Virus record (IMG/VR): IMGVR_UViG_3300045988_076562
Span: 1 to 34,686 of that record
Length of the DNA: 34,686 bases
Source: a virus
Reading direction: 5' to 3' (one strand)
In this document: piece after piece, positions 34,638 through 34,686 of the stretch
How positions within the stretch are numbered: position 1 is the first letter of the stretch
How the letters are laid out: each line of letters starts with the position of its first letter
Translations under genes and position numbers: made by a program
The notes under the pieces: generated by a model
What the model was told of the DNA's origin: nothing
Databases searched by the model: none
What the model saw: only the letters and a program-made list of their open reading frames with translations

Positions 34638-34686
34638 CCGCTGACGATGTAGCCTTAATTGGCAGCGGGAAAGTTGGAAAGGCAAA
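34638..34686. repeat. Terminal direct repeat copy 2 (identical to 1-49)
   Basis: Same 49-mer as the window start. Consistent with the overlap of a circular contig. Confidence 0.95.

Noticed and set aside
1-34686. CRISPR arrays, tRNA or rRNA genes, transposase or IS elements
   Set aside because: No regularly spaced short repeats, no cloverleaf-capable intergenic stretch and no transposase-like ORF were seen. Intergenic regions are short and are accounted for by promoters and terminators.

Overview
The window is one circularly closed unit of a temperate siphovirus-like phage. Bases 1-49 are identical to 34638-34686, giving a unit length of 34,637 bp. The host is probably a low-GC Gram-positive, Clostridia-like bacterium, judged from strong GGAGG ribosome-binding sites, a Spo0A-like gene and an ImmR/ImmA switch.

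Gene order:
- Tail: assembly chaperone with a -1 frameshift extension, tape measure with a lytic transglycosylase domain, Dit, and Tal with four collagen-spaced tandem repeats, followed by fibre-like and small tail genes.
- Lysis: membrane protein, holin, and an amidase endolysin with a ricin-like C-terminus.
- Integration: large serine recombinase (minus strand) with a 56-bp dyad attP candidate.
- Lysogeny: DUF4236 membrane moron, ImmA-like protease and XRE repressor on the minus strand, diverging from a Cro-like gene and an ORF6N antirepressor across an operator-rich region.
- Replication and maintenance: stand-alone Spo0A C-terminal-domain protein, pC194-type HUH rolling-circle Rep, degenerate RNase H-like protein, ParA, and a ParB-like HTH protein.
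- Accessory: zinc-finger proteins (one interrupted by an in-frame TGA), a tandem paralog pair, an orphan C5 methyltransferase and a DUF551 protein.
- Mini-island with a reverse-strand gene and a small hydrophobic peptide.
- Late region: sigma-r4-like late regulator, then an A/T-rich self-contained 305-aa moron of unknown function.
- Packaging and head: HNH, TerS, TerL, portal, prohead protease and HK97-type capsid.

The most unusual points are:
- The head-tail connector and major tail tube genes are missing exactly at the circular junction.
- An integrase coexists with rolling-circle Rep and ParA functions.
- The phage carries a receiver-less Spo0A domain.
- The unknown moron lies between the late regulator and the packaging genes.
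- There are several candidate small RNAs and recoding sites.

No CRISPR array, tRNA, rRNA or reverse transcriptase was seen. All functional calls rest on motif recognition by eye; no database search was run.
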